From a bacterium (lineage in GTDB: Bacteria > Patescibacteriota > Minisyncoccia > Phycocordibacterales > UBA9973): DNA of 64,000 nt. The translations under genes and the position numbers were made by a program. Positions 28,029-37,515 of this stretch are shown piece after piece; position 1 is the first letter of the stretch, and each line of letters starts with the position of its first letter. The stretch lies in assembly GCA_037200905.1 (NCBI GenBank), contig JBBCGN010000001.1, forward strand, positions 116,795-180,794. The letters are read 5' to 3'. Below the pieces are notes generated by a model. That model was given only the letters and a program-made list of their open reading frames with translations, did not search any database and was not told the origin of the DNA.

Positions 28029-28502
28029 ATGAGCGAAGCGGCACAACATCACACCGGCCTTCACAATACCGTGCACCACGTCCTGGCACGATCCTATTCC
28101 TTCTACTTCCTCTTTTTCATCATCGGCGTGGTGCTCGACGCGTTCTTCCCGCTGCCGGTCTTCCGCGGAGAGGCGCATGTGCAGATCGGCATCATTCTTT
28201 TGATGCTCTCGTCGCTCCTGATCCTCTGGGCGCAGAACACCTCGCGCAACCTGAAGAAGCATACCGTCTCCAAGGAGACGTTCCTCGGCGGCCCGTATTC
28301 CTTCACCCGCAGCCCGACGCACTGGGGCCTCTTCTTCCTGACCCTCGGCTTCGGCATCATGGCCAATTCTTTCCTCATCATGCTCTTCACGCTCATCTCC
28401 CTCGCCATCACCCGGGCGGTCTTCCTGAAGAGGGAAGAAGAGATCCTCGAAGCGAAGTACGGCGCGCCGTATCTCGAATACAAGAAGATGGTGCGCATCT
28501 AA
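28029..28502 (+). CDS. Integral membrane isoprenylcysteine carboxyl methyltransferase (ICMT/PEMT)-like protein
   Basis: Four TM segments. The C-terminal pattern GGPYSFTRSPTHWGLFF...EEEILEAKYGAPYLEYKKMV is typical of the ICMT/PEMT family. Confidence 0.6.
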   Translation: MSEAAQHHTGLHNTVHHVLARSYSFYFLFFIIGVVLDAFFPLPVFRGEAHVQIGIILLMLSSLLILWAQNTSRNLKKHTVSKETFLGGPYSFTRSPTHWGLFFLTLGFGIMANSFLIMLFTLISLAITRAVFLKREEEILEAKYGAPYLEYKKMVRI

Positions 28503-28506
28503 CGCG

Positions 28507-29154
28507 ATGATATACCTATTCGCCGGCGAGGACGCGAAAACCAGGCACGAAGCATTCGAGCGATTCCTGAAATCGCTGCCCACGGGCGCGGATGTCCTCT
28601 CTATCGGCAAGAACGATTTCGACGAGATGCAATTCGAGAGCCTGGCCTCCGGCGCCGGACTCTTCTCCCCGAAGTCCGTCGTCGTGCTTTCCGGCACGTT
28701 CGAGAATGAGAGCGCGAGAGAATTCATATTGAAAAAGCTCGAACTGGCTGCCGGCTCGGCCAATGATTTCGCCTTCGTGGAAGGCAAGCTCTTGAAGCCC
28801 GTGCTCGAGCGCTTCAAGGATGCCGGCGCCGATATCAAGATCTTCGACAAGCCTGCCGACAAGAAGGAGCGTTTCAACAGCTTCCAGCTCGCCAGCGCCT
28901 TCGGCCTGCGCGACAAGCTCAATCTCTGGATCTATTTCCGCATGGCCATGGATCAGGGCGTCGGCATGGAAGAGCTCGTCGGCGTGCTCTTTTGGAAGGC
29001 CAAGGACATGCTCGTGAAGCGGAGCTATGGGAAATTCTCCGAGCAGGAACTGAAACACTTCGCGGGCAGGATTTCCTATCTCTTGCCGGAAGCTCGCAGG
29101 AAGGCTCTCGACGATGAATCAGCCTTCGAGCAGTTTTTGCTTGAAGCTTTCTAG
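28507..29154 (+). CDS. holA: DNA polymerase III delta subunit (short form)
   Basis: 215 aa. The N-terminus MIYLFAGEDAKTRHEAF and overall helical pattern resemble the short HolA of reduced genomes. The assignment is moderate. Confidence 0.55.
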   Translation: MIYLFAGEDAKTRHEAFERFLKSLPTGADVLSIGKNDFDEMQFESLASGAGLFSPKSVVVLSGTFENESAREFILKKLELAAGSANDFAFVEGKLLKPVLERFKDAGADIKIFDKPADKKERFNSFQLASAFGLRDKLNLWIYFRMAMDQGVGMEELVGVLFWKAKDMLVKRSYGKFSEQELKHFAGRISYLLPEARRKALDDESAFEQFLLEAF

Positions 29155-29178
29155 AAATCTGATATTATCAATCCACAT

Positions 29179-29251
29179 GCGCCCGTAGCTCAGTCGGTAG
29201 AGCAGCTCCCTTTTAAGGAGATGGTCGAAGGTTCGATTCCTTCCGGGCGCA
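29179..29251 (+). tRNA. tRNA-Lys (anticodon UUU), no encoded CCA
   Basis: Manual cloverleaf: acceptor gcgcccg/cgggcgc, D arm gctc-agtcggta-gagc, anticodon loop cTTTTaa, T arm gaagg-ttcgatt-ccttc. There is one G-A mismatch at 27-43. Confidence 0.85.
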
Positions 29252-29263
29252 CAAAGTACAAAA

Positions 29264-29292
29264 AAGAGCCTTATTATAGAAGGCTCTTTTTT
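29264..29292 (+). terminator. Intrinsic terminator after tRNA-Lys
   Basis: gagcctt-attatag-aaggctc stem followed by T6. Confidence 0.7.
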
Positions 29293-29328
29293 GTTGCAAA
29301 GTTATCCACAGTTTTCCCTTGTATGGGC

Positions 29329-29356
29329 TTTACAGTATTCCTGTGAGCGCTATAAT
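29329..29356 (+). promoter_or_regulatory. Promoter TTTACA-16-TATAAT with no ORF downstream
   Basis: tttaca at 29329-29334 and tataat at 29351-29356. Confidence 0.5.
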
Positions 29357-29362
29357 GTATTC

Positions 29363-29539
29363 AGAAATCCAATAAGCAATAGTACATTGAGTTTCGGCCA
29401 AAAACTAAAAAAGTGCTTTCCTTAGAAAGCAAAAACATAAACAAAACTGGTTCAGCCGAACAAAACACAACAACAAACACACAACTCAATAAACATATCT
29501 CCATCACACAAACCCTTTCTATGAAAGGGTTTTCTTTTT
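29363..29539 (+). ncRNA. Candidate sRNA of about 175 nt with a CA-rich single-stranded region, class unknown
   Basis: It runs from the promoter above to the terminator ccctttc-tat-gaaaggg plus T-run (29513-29539). Internal stems are ttcggc...gccgaa and tgctttc-ctta-gaaagca. A 50-nt A/C-rich tract reads acaaaacacaacaacaaacacacaactcaataaaca. There is no plausible plus-strand ORF. Confidence 0.35.
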
Positions 29540-29555
29540 GTCTTTTTTCATAAAG

Positions 29556-29564
29556 TGCTATAGT
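29556..29564 (+). promoter_or_regulatory. Extended -10 promoter (TGcTATAGT) for uvrB, giving a near-leaderless transcript
   Basis: The -10 ends 11 nt before the ATG at 29576. Confidence 0.5.
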
Positions 29565-29575
29565 GCTACTAATAC

Positions 29576-31777
29576 ATGTCAAAAAGTATTTTCAATTTAA
29601 ACAGCGAGTTCGAGCCGGCCGGGGATCAGCCTGCGGCGATTTCTGCGCTCGTCAAAGGCTTGGACGAAGGCATGCGGGCCCAGACCCTGCTCGGCGCCAC
29701 GGGCACGGGCAAGACCTTTACCATGGCGAACGTCATCCGCGAGCATAACAAGCCGACGCTCGTCATCGCTCACAACAAGACGTTGGCCGCCCAGCTCGCT
29801 CAGGAGTTCCGCGGATTCTTTCCGGATGCGGCGGTGCACTATTTCGTCTCGTACTACGACTACTACCAGCCGGAAGCCTACATGCCGGTATCCGATACGT
29901 ATATAGAGAAGGATGCGCAGATCAACAAGGAGATCGATCGTCTTCGCCATGCTACTACGCAGGCCCTGCTCACGCGCCGCGATGTCATCATCGTCGCGTC
30001 GGTTTCTTGCATCTATGGCCTCGGTTCTCCGGAAGAATACGAGAAAGTGAATCTCAAGCTCGATGTCGGCATGAAGATGGACCGCCTCGCCCTCATGAAG
30101 CGCCTCATCGAGATACATTTCGAACGCACCAATGCCGACCTTTCTCCCGGCCAGTTCCGCGCGGTCGGCTCGAAGGTGGAGTTCATGCCGGTGTCGGAGA
30201 CCATGATGTATCAGGTCGGCCTCTCCGGCGGCACCATTTCCAATATCACGAAAGTCGATCCCGTCTCGGCGCAGATTCTCAAAGAAGAGGATAGCATCTT
30301 TATCTTTCCCGCGAAGCACTTCATCACCGAAGACGAGAAGAAGAAGAAAGCGCTTGTCTCCATCAAGGCCGAGCTCGAGGAACAGCTCAAGAAATTCAAC
30401 AAGGAAGGGAAGCTCTTGGAAGCCGAGCGCATCAAGCGCCGCACCAACTACGACCTCGCCATGATCAAGGAGATCGGCTACTGCAACGGCATCGAGAACT
30501 ACTCCCGCCATCTTTCCGGCAAGCGCGCGGGCGATCCGCCGGAGACCCTGCTTTCGTATTTCCCGCATATAAAAAGTCGGGCACACTCTCGCCGCCATTC
30601 GCGCTCTGTCTTGGAAGGGCAAGATCCATCTGCTCGCCGCGAAGATGGCTTTGAGAGTGTGCCCGACTTTTTGACAATTATCGACGAGTCCCATGTCACC
30701 CTGCCGCAGCTCCAGGGCATGTATGCCGGCGATGCGTCGCGCAAGAACACCCTCGTGGAATACGGCTTCCGCCTGCCGTCTGCCAAGGACAACCGTCCGC
30801 TCAAATACGAAGAGTTCAAGGAGCGCATCGGCCAGGTCATCTATACTTCTGCTACGCCGTCCGACAAGGAAAAAGAGGAAAGCGCCCAGATCGTGCAGCA
30901 AATCATCCGCCCGACCGGACTGATCGATCCGGAAATCACTATTAAGCCGGTCAGCGAGAAAGCGGCGTATCCCGGCCAGATACAGGATTTCATCGCGGAA
31001 GCGGAAAAGACCATCAAGGCAGGCTTTCGAGTACTGGCGACGACGCTGACCAAGCGCATGGCCGAAGACCTGTCTACATACCTCAAGGAGAAAGGCATCA
31101 AGGCCGAATACTTGCACAGCGAGATCAAGACCATCGAGCGCATCCAGATCCTGACGAACTTCAGAAAGGGCAATATGGACATATTGGTAGGCGTGAACCT
31201 GCTCCGCGAGGGCCTCGACCTGCCGGAGGTGGCACTGATCGGCATTCTTGATGCGGACAAGGAAGGCTTTCTGCGTTCGGAGACTTCGCTCATCCAGACC
31301 ATCGGCCGCGCCGCCCGCAACAGCGAGGGAAGGGTGATACTCTATGCCGATATCATGACAGGCTCGATGGAGGCAGCGATACGGGAAACGAACCGCCGCC
31401 GCGATGTGCAGCTCGAATACAACAAGAAGCACGGCATTACGCCGAAAACCATCCTGAAGAACATCAAGGATATTACCGAAGAGATGGAGTCCGAACACGG
31501 CAAGGCCGTGAACGCCGAACTGGCCCTCGATATCGAGGTGTTCAAGCGGGCCTATGCCAAAGAATTGAAGAGCGATAAGGGGAAAGTCACGAAAAAGGAC
31601 GGCATTACCGAAGTAAAGCTTACCATGTCCGACGAAGAGAGGAGCGACGCCGTCTACGAGAAAATCATCAAAATAAAGGAAAAAGAGATGAGCAAAGCCG
31701 TCAAAGAGCTCGATTTCGAGACGGCCGCCATACTCCGAGACGAGATAGCGGTGCTCCGGACCAGGATGGAAAAATAA
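29576..31777 (+). CDS. uvrB: Excinuclease ABC subunit B (carries a 33-34 aa in-frame insertion)
   Basis: Motifs: Walker A (GATGTGKTFTMA), DESH (IIDESHVTLPQ), the YGFRLPSAKDNRPL beta-hairpin region, helicase motifs V-VI and the C-terminal UVR domain (FETAAILRDEI). 733 aa, versus roughly 660-670 typical. Confidence 0.95.
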   Translation: MSKSIFNLNSEFEPAGDQPAAISALVKGLDEGMRAQTLLGATGTGKTFTMANVIREHNKPTLVIAHNKTLAAQLAQEFRGFFPDAAVHYFVSYYDYYQPEAYMPVSDTYIEKDAQINKEIDRLRHATTQALLTRRDVIIVASVSCIYGLGSPEEYEKVNLKLDVGMKMDRLALMKRLIEIHFERTNADLSPGQFRAVGSKVEFMPVSETMMYQVGLSGGTISNITKVDPVSAQILKEEDSIFIFPAKHFITEDEKKKKALVSIKAELEEQLKKFNKEGKLLEAERIKRRTNYDLAMIKEIGYCNGIENYSRHLSGKRAGDPPETLLSYFPHIKSRAHSRRHSRSVLEGQDPSARREDGFESVPDFLTIIDESHVTLPQLQGMYAGDASRKNTLVEYGFRLPSAKDNRPLKYEEFKERIGQVIYTSATPSDKEKEESAQIVQQIIRPTGLIDPEITIKPVSEKAAYPGQIQDFIAEAEKTIKAGFRVLATTLTKRMAEDLSTYLKEKGIKAEYLHSEIKTIERIQILTNFRKGNMDILVGVNLLREGLDLPEVALIGILDADKEGFLRSETSLIQTIGRAARNSEGRVILYADIMTGSMEAAIRETNRRRDVQLEYNKKHGITPKTILKNIKDITEEMESEHGKAVNAELALDIEVFKRAYAKELKSDKGKVTKKDGITEVKLTMSDEERSDAVYEKIIKIKEKEMSKAVKELDFETAAILRDEIAVLRTRMEK
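30571..30672 (+). repeat. 102-bp palindromic element with perfect 20-bp terminal inverted repeats, inserted in frame in uvrB
   Basis: aaaaagtcgggcacactctc (30571-30590) is the exact reverse complement of gagagtgtgcccgacttttt (30653-30672). Inner pairings are gccat/atggc, tcgcg/cgcga and tcttg/caaga. It encodes HIKSRAHSRRHSRSVLEGQDPSARREDGFESVP between the conserved YFP and DFLTIIDESH. Confidence 0.85.
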
Positions 31778-31779
31778 AA

Positions 31780-31813
31780 AGTGGTTCTCTCTGCGTCAGA
31801 GAGAACCACTTTT
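31780..31813 (+). terminator. Intrinsic terminator after uvrB
   Basis: 12-bp stem agtggttctctc/gagagaaccact with a 7-nt loop and a T-run. Confidence 0.8.
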
Positions 31814-31832
31814 GAGCTGCATGCTTTCTTGT

Positions 31833-32075
31833 TTAATTTTTTTTAGTTGGAGGTATTAGTTTTAATCCTAAAGCGGCAATACCGCCACCGAGGAAGATGC
31901 ATATAGCAATCCATGCGAATACATTGATAGGGCGTGGGGCAAAAGGAATGTGGGAATTGAACCACTCTGCATACCCAGGAATATGCCACAGCGGATTGAG
32001 GCTGCTGCCGTGGAGTACAACCAAGATACCGATCAGGAAAACCAAAATGCCCGAGATAGATTTTATTGCTTTCAT
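31833..32075 (-). CDS. Small two-TM membrane protein (AT-rich islet)
   Basis: 80-aa ORF with two clear hydrophobic helices (ISGILVFLIGILVVL and VFAWIAICIFLGGGIAALGL). No homology recognised. Confidence 0.4.
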   Translation of the reverse strand: MKAIKSISGILVFLIGILVVLHGSSLNPLWHIPGYAEWFNSHIPFAPRPINVFAWIAICIFLGGGIAALGLKLIPPTKKN

Positions 32076-32153
32076 ATTATCAAATTTATGAATGAACGAA
32101 CTTGTTTCGGTGAAGAATCATGATTCTTGTTCAGATTACTAGTTTCATGCGTT

Positions 32154-32183
32154 TTGTCAATTTCTGGACTGATATGCTATACT
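32154..32183 (+). promoter_or_regulatory. uvrA promoter (TTGTCA-18-TATACT with TG extension)
   Basis: ttgtca at 32154-32159 and tgctatact at 32175-32183. Confidence 0.5.
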
Positions 32184-32227
32184 ACGCATAGCTTAATACT
32201 GATACACCCCCCATAGAACTGTGCGGG

Positions 32228-34894
32228 GTGCGAAATACGTTATATGGCAAAAATCAAATGAAACACCAGCAAAATATAGACAAAATAACCATAAAAGGGG
32301 CACGAACCCACAATCTGAAGAACATCAGCGTGGAAATGCCGCGCAACAAGATGGTGGTCATCACCGGCGTCTCCGGCTCGGGCAAGTCTTCGCTCGCATT
32401 CGATACCATATTCGCCGAAGGCCAGCGCCGCTATGTCGAGTCGCTGTCTTCCTATGCCCGCCAGTTCCTGAATCAGATGCCGAAGCCCGATATCGATGAG
32501 ATCACCGGACTTTCGCCGGCGATATCCATCGATCAGAAATCTCGCTCGAACAATCCGCGTTCGACGGTGGCCACTATCACTGAGATCTACGACTACCTGC
32601 GCGTCATGTACGCCCGCATCGGCCATCCGCATTGTCCGGTCTGCGGCGAAGAGATCAAGAAGCTCTCGAACGAGGAGATTCTGAATTTCATCTTGGAAAA
32701 GATAAATGCACTGAACAAGGGCGGCAAGGACAAGAAGAAGGACAAGTCTGTCATGGGCGTGGAATGGAACGAGACGGAAATCAGTATCTTCTCTCCGGTA
32801 GTCCGCGGCAGGAAAGGCGAGTACTATCAGCTGCTCTATGATTTGCTCGGCAAGGGCTTTGCCGATGTCCGTCTCGACGGCGAGATGAAGAAACTGCGCG
32901 AGAAGATCACTCTTTCAAAGAATAATGCGCATGACATCGATGTCTTGGTGGATAAATTCTTTTTGCATGAATTTGTGAGCGATAAGGATGGCAGCCGCAT
33001 GCGCTTGTCCGAAGCGCTCGAGCGCTCATTGCTCGAGTCCGACGGCCTCGTGTCGGTGAAGATCGGCGAAGAAGAGACGCTCATGTCCGCGAAATTCGCC
33101 TGCAAGAACGACGGCTTTTCTTTCCCCGAAGTCGAGCCGCGATTATTCTCTTTCAATTCTCCCTACGGCGCCTGCCCGGTCTGTAATGGCCTCGGCACCA
33201 AGTACTTCGGCGGCGACGAGCCGTGCGATGCCTGTCATGGCGCGCGCCTGCGTCCCGAAGCCTTGAATGTGTTTCTCTCCGCGCATAATGTCGGCCCAGA
33301 AAACAAAGCGAATAAGACCCACAAGAAGCAAGTGAATATCCTCGATCTCGCCGGTCTGACCATCGAAGAGGCCCATGACTTTTTCAAGAATCTGAAACTT
33401 TCGGAACAGGAGAAAGAAATCTCCGTGCCCGTAGTGCGTGAGATCGAGGCGCGTCTGCAGTTCATGCTCGATGTCGGTCTCGATTACCTCCAGCTCTCGC
33501 GCAAGGCCAACACGCTCTCGGGCGGGGAAGCCCAGCGCATCCGCTTGGCTTCGCAGCTTGGCTCTCGTCTCGTCGGCGCACTCTACGTGCTCGACGAGCC
33601 GACCATTGGCCTGCATCAGCGTGACAACGACAGGCTCATAAAAACCTTGTTAAACCTGCGCGATCTGGGAAATACTATTCTCGTTGTAGAACACGACGAA
33701 GATACGATCTATGCGTCTGACTATATCGTAGACATCGGTCCGAAGGCCGGCGTGCACGGCGGAGAAGTGATCGTAGCCGACTGGCTCGAAGACCTGCTGA
33801 CCGCCAAGAAGAACACCAGCGGTTCGCGTACGCTCGCATATCTGCGCGAGGAAACGAGGATCGAAGTGCCGAAGAAGCGCCGCGAAGCCAAGGGTCATCT
33901 GAAAATCGTCGGCGGAAAAGTTTTCAATATCAAGAATATGAACGTCGATATCCCGCTCGGCGTCATGACCAGCATCACCGGCGTCTCCGGCTCGGGCAAG
34001 AGCTCGTTCATGTACGAGATCCTGCACAAGAACCTGCAGGCCCGTTACGAGCGTGCCTTCCGCACGGCAAAGGTTTACAACTGCGCATCATTTACTGGCA
34101 CGGAGTATCTTTCCCGCGCCATTCTCATCGACCAGTCGGCCATCGGCCGCACGCCGCGCTCGAATATCGCCACGTATACCGGCACCTTTACCCACATCCG
34201 TGATATTTTCGCGACGACTGAAGAAGCTCGCCTGCGCGGCTGGAAAGCAAACAGATTTTCCTTCAACGTCAAAGGCGGCCGTTGTGAAGCTTGCGAAGGC
34301 AACGGCGAGATTGCTGTAGAAATGCACTTCCTGCCGACGGTATACGTCACCTGCGATGTCTGCGGCGGCAAGCGCTTCGACAAAGAGACGCTGACGGTGA
34401 AATACAAGAAAAAGAATATCTATGAAGTTCTCAAGATGACTGTCGAAGAAGGCTTGAAATTCTTCGAAGATATTCCGGCGATAGGTGATCGTCTCCAGAC
34501 TCTCATGGACGTGGGCCTTGGCTATGTCGAGCTGGGACAGTCGGCGACCACACTCTCGGGCGGAGAAGCCCAGCGCGTAAAAATCTCGAGCGAGCTCTAT
34601 CGTCCGCATACAGAAAAAACTATTTATCTTCTTGATGAACCGACAGTGGGACTGCACTATGACGACGTGGCGAAACTCTTGGAAGTATTGAACAAGCTCG
34701 TCTCGAAAGGAAATACCGTCGTCCTTATCGAGCACAATCTCGACATCGTGAAGTGTTCGGACTATATCATCGACATCGGCCCAGAAGGAGGAGTGAACGG
34801 CGGCACGCTCGTGGCCAAAGGCACGCCGGAAGAAGTGGCGAATAATGCCAAGAGCTATACGGGGAAATATCTGAAGAAAGTGCTGAAAAAATAA
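32228..34894 (+). CDS. uvrA: Excinuclease ABC subunit A
   Basis: Two ABC modules ([12 protein letters not shown] and [12 protein letters not shown]; LSGGEAQR twice) and zinc-finger Cys clusters ([30 protein letters not shown]). An alternative start is the ATG at 32258 ([15 protein letters not shown]). Confidence 0.95.
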   Translation: MRNTLYGKNQMKHQQNIDKITIKGARTHNLKNISVEMPRNKMVVITGVSGSGKSSLAFDTIFAEGQRRYVESLSSYARQFLNQMPKPDIDEITGLSPAISIDQKSRSNNPRSTVATITEIYDYLRVMYARIGHPHCPVCGEEIKKLSNEEILNFILEKINALNKGGKDKKKDKSVMGVEWNETEISIFSPVVRGRKGEYYQLLYDLLGKGFADVRLDGEMKKLREKITLSKNNAHDIDVLVDKFFLHEFVSDKDGSRMRLSEALERSLLESDGLVSVKIGEEETLMSAKFACKNDGFSFPEVEPRLFSFNSPYGACPVCNGLGTKYFGGDEPCDACHGARLRPEALNVFLSAHNVGPENKANKTHKKQVNILDLAGLTIEEAHDFFKNLKLSEQEKEISVPVVREIEARLQFMLDVGLDYLQLSRKANTLSGGEAQRIRLASQLGSRLVGALYVLDEPTIGLHQRDNDRLIKTLLNLRDLGNTILVVEHDEDTIYASDYIVDIGPKAGVHGGEVIVADWLEDLLTAKKNTSGSRTLAYLREETRIEVPKKRREAKGHLKIVGGKVFNIKNMNVDIPLGVMTSITGVSGSGKSSFMYEILHKNLQARYERAFRTAKVYNCASFTGTEYLSRAILIDQSAIGRTPRSNIATYTGTFTHIRDIFATTEEARLRGWKANRFSFNVKGGRCEACEGNGEIAVEMHFLPTVYVTCDVCGGKRFDKETLTVKYKKKNIYEVLKMTVEEGLKFFEDIPAIGDRLQTLMDVGLGYVELGQSATTLSGGEAQRVKISSELYRPHTEKTIYLLDEPTVGLHYDDVAKLLEVLNKLVSKGNTVVLIEHNLDIVKCSDYIIDIGPEGGVNGGTLVAKGTPEEVANNAKSYTGKYLKKVLKK

Positions 34895-34921
34895 AACACG
34901 AGTTTATATAAACTCGTGTTT
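34895..34921. terminator. Bidirectional terminator between uvrA and the 34943 ORF
   Basis: aacacgagttt-atat-aaactcgtgtt stem with flanking A and T runs. Confidence 0.75.
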
Positions 34922-34942
34922 CTTAAGTAGAAAATTAAAACA

Positions 34943-35230
34943 TCATCGATTGGCAGCGAAAAGACATTGTCTGTTTAGGTACATATTTCCACTAAAATAT
35001 TTAGTTATAATCAATGTTCCGCTTATTCCATCATCGCCAGTATAGGGCATTCTCCATATTTTGGTATCTACTTGTCTACCATTTGTTTTTGCCTCATAGG
35101 CATGGCCCTTCTCATCTGGTTCTTTATCTTTGATCATTTCATCTAGTTTTTTCCACCAGTCTATTTCTGCCTGTCTTGCTCTTTCCATTGATTCTTGGGG
35201 CGATGGACCACGATAAGTTCTATTGTACAT
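34943..35230 (-). CDS. Hypothetical protein (AT-rich islet)
   Basis: The ORF runs to 35302, but the internal start MYNRTYRGPSPQE at 35230 avoids overlapping the uvrC start and promoter. No motif recognised. Confidence 0.35.
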   Translation of the reverse strand: MYNRTYRGPSPQESMERARQAEIDWWKKLDEMIKDKEPDEKGHAYEAKTNGRQVDTKIWRMPYTGDDGISGTLIITKYFSGNMYLNRQCLFAANR

Positions 35231-35290
35231 AAAATAATATTTAAATTTCAAATATTGTTTAGATTCGGAAAAAATGTTAACATATAAAAA

Positions 35291-36520
35291 ATGTATAGTC
35301 AAGACTTACAAAAAATAAAACTGCCTAACAAGCCAGGGGTTTATTTTTTCAAAAAAGGAAAAAATATCTCTTACATTGGCAAGGCTACTTCGCTCCGCGA
35401 CCGCGTGCGGAGCTATTTCGGCGCGGATTTGATACAGACCCGCGGCCCGCTCCTGGTGGACATGGTGACACGGGCCGAGAAGATTGATTTTGAGGAAACC
35501 GATAGCGTACTCGAAGCCCTCATCCTTGAAGCTGCCCTCATCAAGCGCCACAAGCCCTACTACAATACCCGCGAAAAAGACGATAAGAGCTGGAACTGGG
35601 TCTGCATCACCCGCGAAGAGTTTCCAAAGGTGCTGACCATCCGCGAACGAGCATTGTCATTGGAAAGGGAGGATGTGAAATTCCAAGCCTCATACGGGCC
35701 GTTCACGAGCGGTCCGCAGCTCCGCGAAGCCATGAAGATCATCCGCCACATCTTTCCCTTTATTGATGCCCAGTCCGGCAAGCGCGACAATTTCACTTTT
35801 TACCGCCAGCTCGGCCTCAATCCCGATATCGGCACGGAAGAAGCCAAAGAGATATACGAAAATAATATAAAGAATCTGAAACTCTTCTTCGCCGGCAAGA
35901 AGAAGCGCGTCATCTCGAACTTCAAGAAAGAGATGATGCAATTCGCGAAAGCCAGAGAGTTCGAACAGGCCAGCGTTATGAAGAAAAGAATTTTCGCCCT
36001 CGGCCATATCAATGATATCGCCTTGCTCAAAGACGAAGGCAAGAATTTTCGCCAAGTTTCTTTCCGAATCGAGGCGTACGATATTGCTCACATGGGCGGC
36101 AAGAACATGGTGGGAGTCATGACAGTAGTAGAGGATGGTGAAGCGGCCAAGAATGAATACAAGAAGTTTCGCATCAGGACGCAAACGGACGCGAATGACA
36201 CCGGCGCCCTCCACGAAGTCCTGACCCGGCGTTTGCGCCATACGGAATGGAATTTCCCGAATCTGATCGCCGTCGACGGCTCGACGGCGCAGATCAATAC
36301 AGCCAAGCGCGCCGTAAAAGAAGCTGGCTTGGATATCCCGATCGTTTCCGTCATCAAGGATGACCGCCATCGGGCCAAAGATATCGGAGGGGACAAGGAG
36401 CTCGGCAGGAAATACGAGCGGGAGATACTGCTTGCCAACAGCGAGGCGCACCGCTTCGCCATCGCGTATCATAAGAATCGTCGCAACAAGAATTTTCTGG
36501 GCAGCAATCGCAAGCGGTAA
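35291..36520 (+). CDS. uvrC: Excinuclease ABC subunit C, short form (no C-terminal HhH region)
   Basis: GIY-YIG motif (KPGVYFFKKGKNISYIGKATSLRDRVRSYF), UVR domain (AREFEQASVMKKRIFAL) and the RNase H-like endonuclease domain (IEAYDIAHMGG). 409 aa versus about 600 typical. The TGtTAACAT -10 ends 7 nt before the ATG. Confidence 0.85.
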   Translation: MYSQDLQKIKLPNKPGVYFFKKGKNISYIGKATSLRDRVRSYFGADLIQTRGPLLVDMVTRAEKIDFEETDSVLEALILEAALIKRHKPYYNTREKDDKSWNWVCITREEFPKVLTIRERALSLEREDVKFQASYGPFTSGPQLREAMKIIRHIFPFIDAQSGKRDNFTFYRQLGLNPDIGTEEAKEIYENNIKNLKLFFAGKKKRVISNFKKEMMQFAKAREFEQASVMKKRIFALGHINDIALLKDEGKNFRQVSFRIEAYDIAHMGGKNMVGVMTVVEDGEAAKNEYKKFRIRTQTDANDTGALHEVLTRRLRHTEWNFPNLIAVDGSTAQINTAKRAVKEAGLDIPIVSVIKDDRHRAKDIGGDKELGRKYEREILLANSEAHRFAIAYHKNRRNKNFLGSNRKR

Positions 36521-36597
36521 AATTTTTCGACCTGCGCCCTTCTCGGAGTACCGAGTGGGACCCTCGGACAGAAAAATTTCACCAACTATTCATTTAT

Positions 36598-37068
36598 ATG
36601 GACAAAAAGGAAAACATTTTAATTATCGATAATATACGCAGTGTGGAAAATGTCGGAGCGATGTTTCGTACGGCCGATGCGGCGGGCATAGACAAGATTT
36701 ATCTGACCGGCATAACGCCCGCCCCCATTGATCGTTTCGGCAGGAAGCGGAAAGATTTAGCAAAATCTGCCCTTGGTGCTGAGGATTTTGTGCCGTGGGA
36801 ACAAGTAGAAAACAGTATTGAATTAATTACCCAGCTCAAAAAAGAAGGTTATTTTATTGTTGGCATTGAACAAGATAAAAAATCTATAGATTACACAGAA
36901 CTGAAAATAAAAAACAAAAATGCCTTTATCGTCGGCGCGGAAGTGACCGGCATTCCGAAAGAGGTTTTGAAAGAATGTGATGCAATAATAGAAATTCTCA
37001 TGAGAGGGAAGAAGGAATCCTTGAATGTTTCTGTCGCGCTTGGTGTCGTATTGTTCAGATTAATATAA
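36598..37068 (+). CDS. SpoU/TrmH-family RNA 2'-O-methyltransferase
   Basis: NIRSVENVGAMFRTADAAGI, FIVGAEVTGIPKEVL and ESLNVSVALGVVLF are SPOUT motifs. Confidence 0.8.
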   Translation: MDKKENILIIDNIRSVENVGAMFRTADAAGIDKIYLTGITPAPIDRFGRKRKDLAKSALGAEDFVPWEQVENSIELITQLKKEGYFIVGIEQDKKSIDYTELKIKNKNAFIVGAEVTGIPKEVLKECDAIIEILMRGKKESLNVSVALGVVLFRLI

Positions 37069-37110
37069 AAGTCCTGGAAAACTAAGTTCCAGGACCGGCA
37101 TTTTTGGCAT

Positions 37111-37464
37111 TTAATCCGAGCTTGTGTAACGATAAGATTTAAGTTCTCTGATCTCTCTTTCTCTATCCCTAATAATTTCATTTAGCTCGTTCTTAAGCTG
37201 AAAAGTGCTAGGGTGCGAAGTGTCATCCCATAGGGAGTCGTCAAGCTCAAAGAAAATTTCCTTAAGGCGCCGCCGTTTCCTTGAAAGGAACATGCGATAC
37301 AACAAATTGGGCAGTGATAGAAGGAAAACCATGGTAGCTAAAACAACCATCCAATTTACTCTTTGTTCATTTCCTTTTTCTTTCGCAAAGTACCAAAATA
37401 CCCATACGGCAAGCGCGATTGCTAACATGTTTACAAAACCGGATAACGCAGATAATGCTTTCAT
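37111..37464 (-). CDS. Small two-TM protein with a charged C-terminal helix (AT-rich islet)
   Basis: 117-aa ORF with hydrophobic helices followed by RKRRRLKE...IIRDREREIRELK. No homology recognised. Confidence 0.4.
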   Translation of the reverse strand: MKALSALSGFVNMLAIALAVWVFWYFAKEKGNEQRVNWMVVLATMVFLLSLPNLLYRMFLSRKRRRLKEIFFELDDSLWDDTSHPSTFQLKNELNEIIRDREREIRELKSYRYTSSD

Positions 37465-37515
37465 TTTTAAAAGTTTTTATAACTCTATAATCTATATCAG
37501 GAAAAGTCAATGCGT

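Noticed and set aside
29361-29582. 73-aa minus-strand ORF covering the tRNA-uvrB spacer.
   Set aside because: It is Cys/Phe/Leu-rich, runs through a plus-strand promoter and terminator and into the uvrB start, and has no start context. The region is better explained as a non-coding unit.
32097-32109. A LexA (Cheo-box-like) operator cgaacttgtttcg upstream of uvrA.
   Set aside because: The spacing is one nt short of CGAAC-N4-GTTCG and the half-sites are imperfect. It lies about 45 nt upstream of the -35 instead of overlapping the promoter, and nothing similar lies upstream of uvrB, uvrC or the ruv genes.
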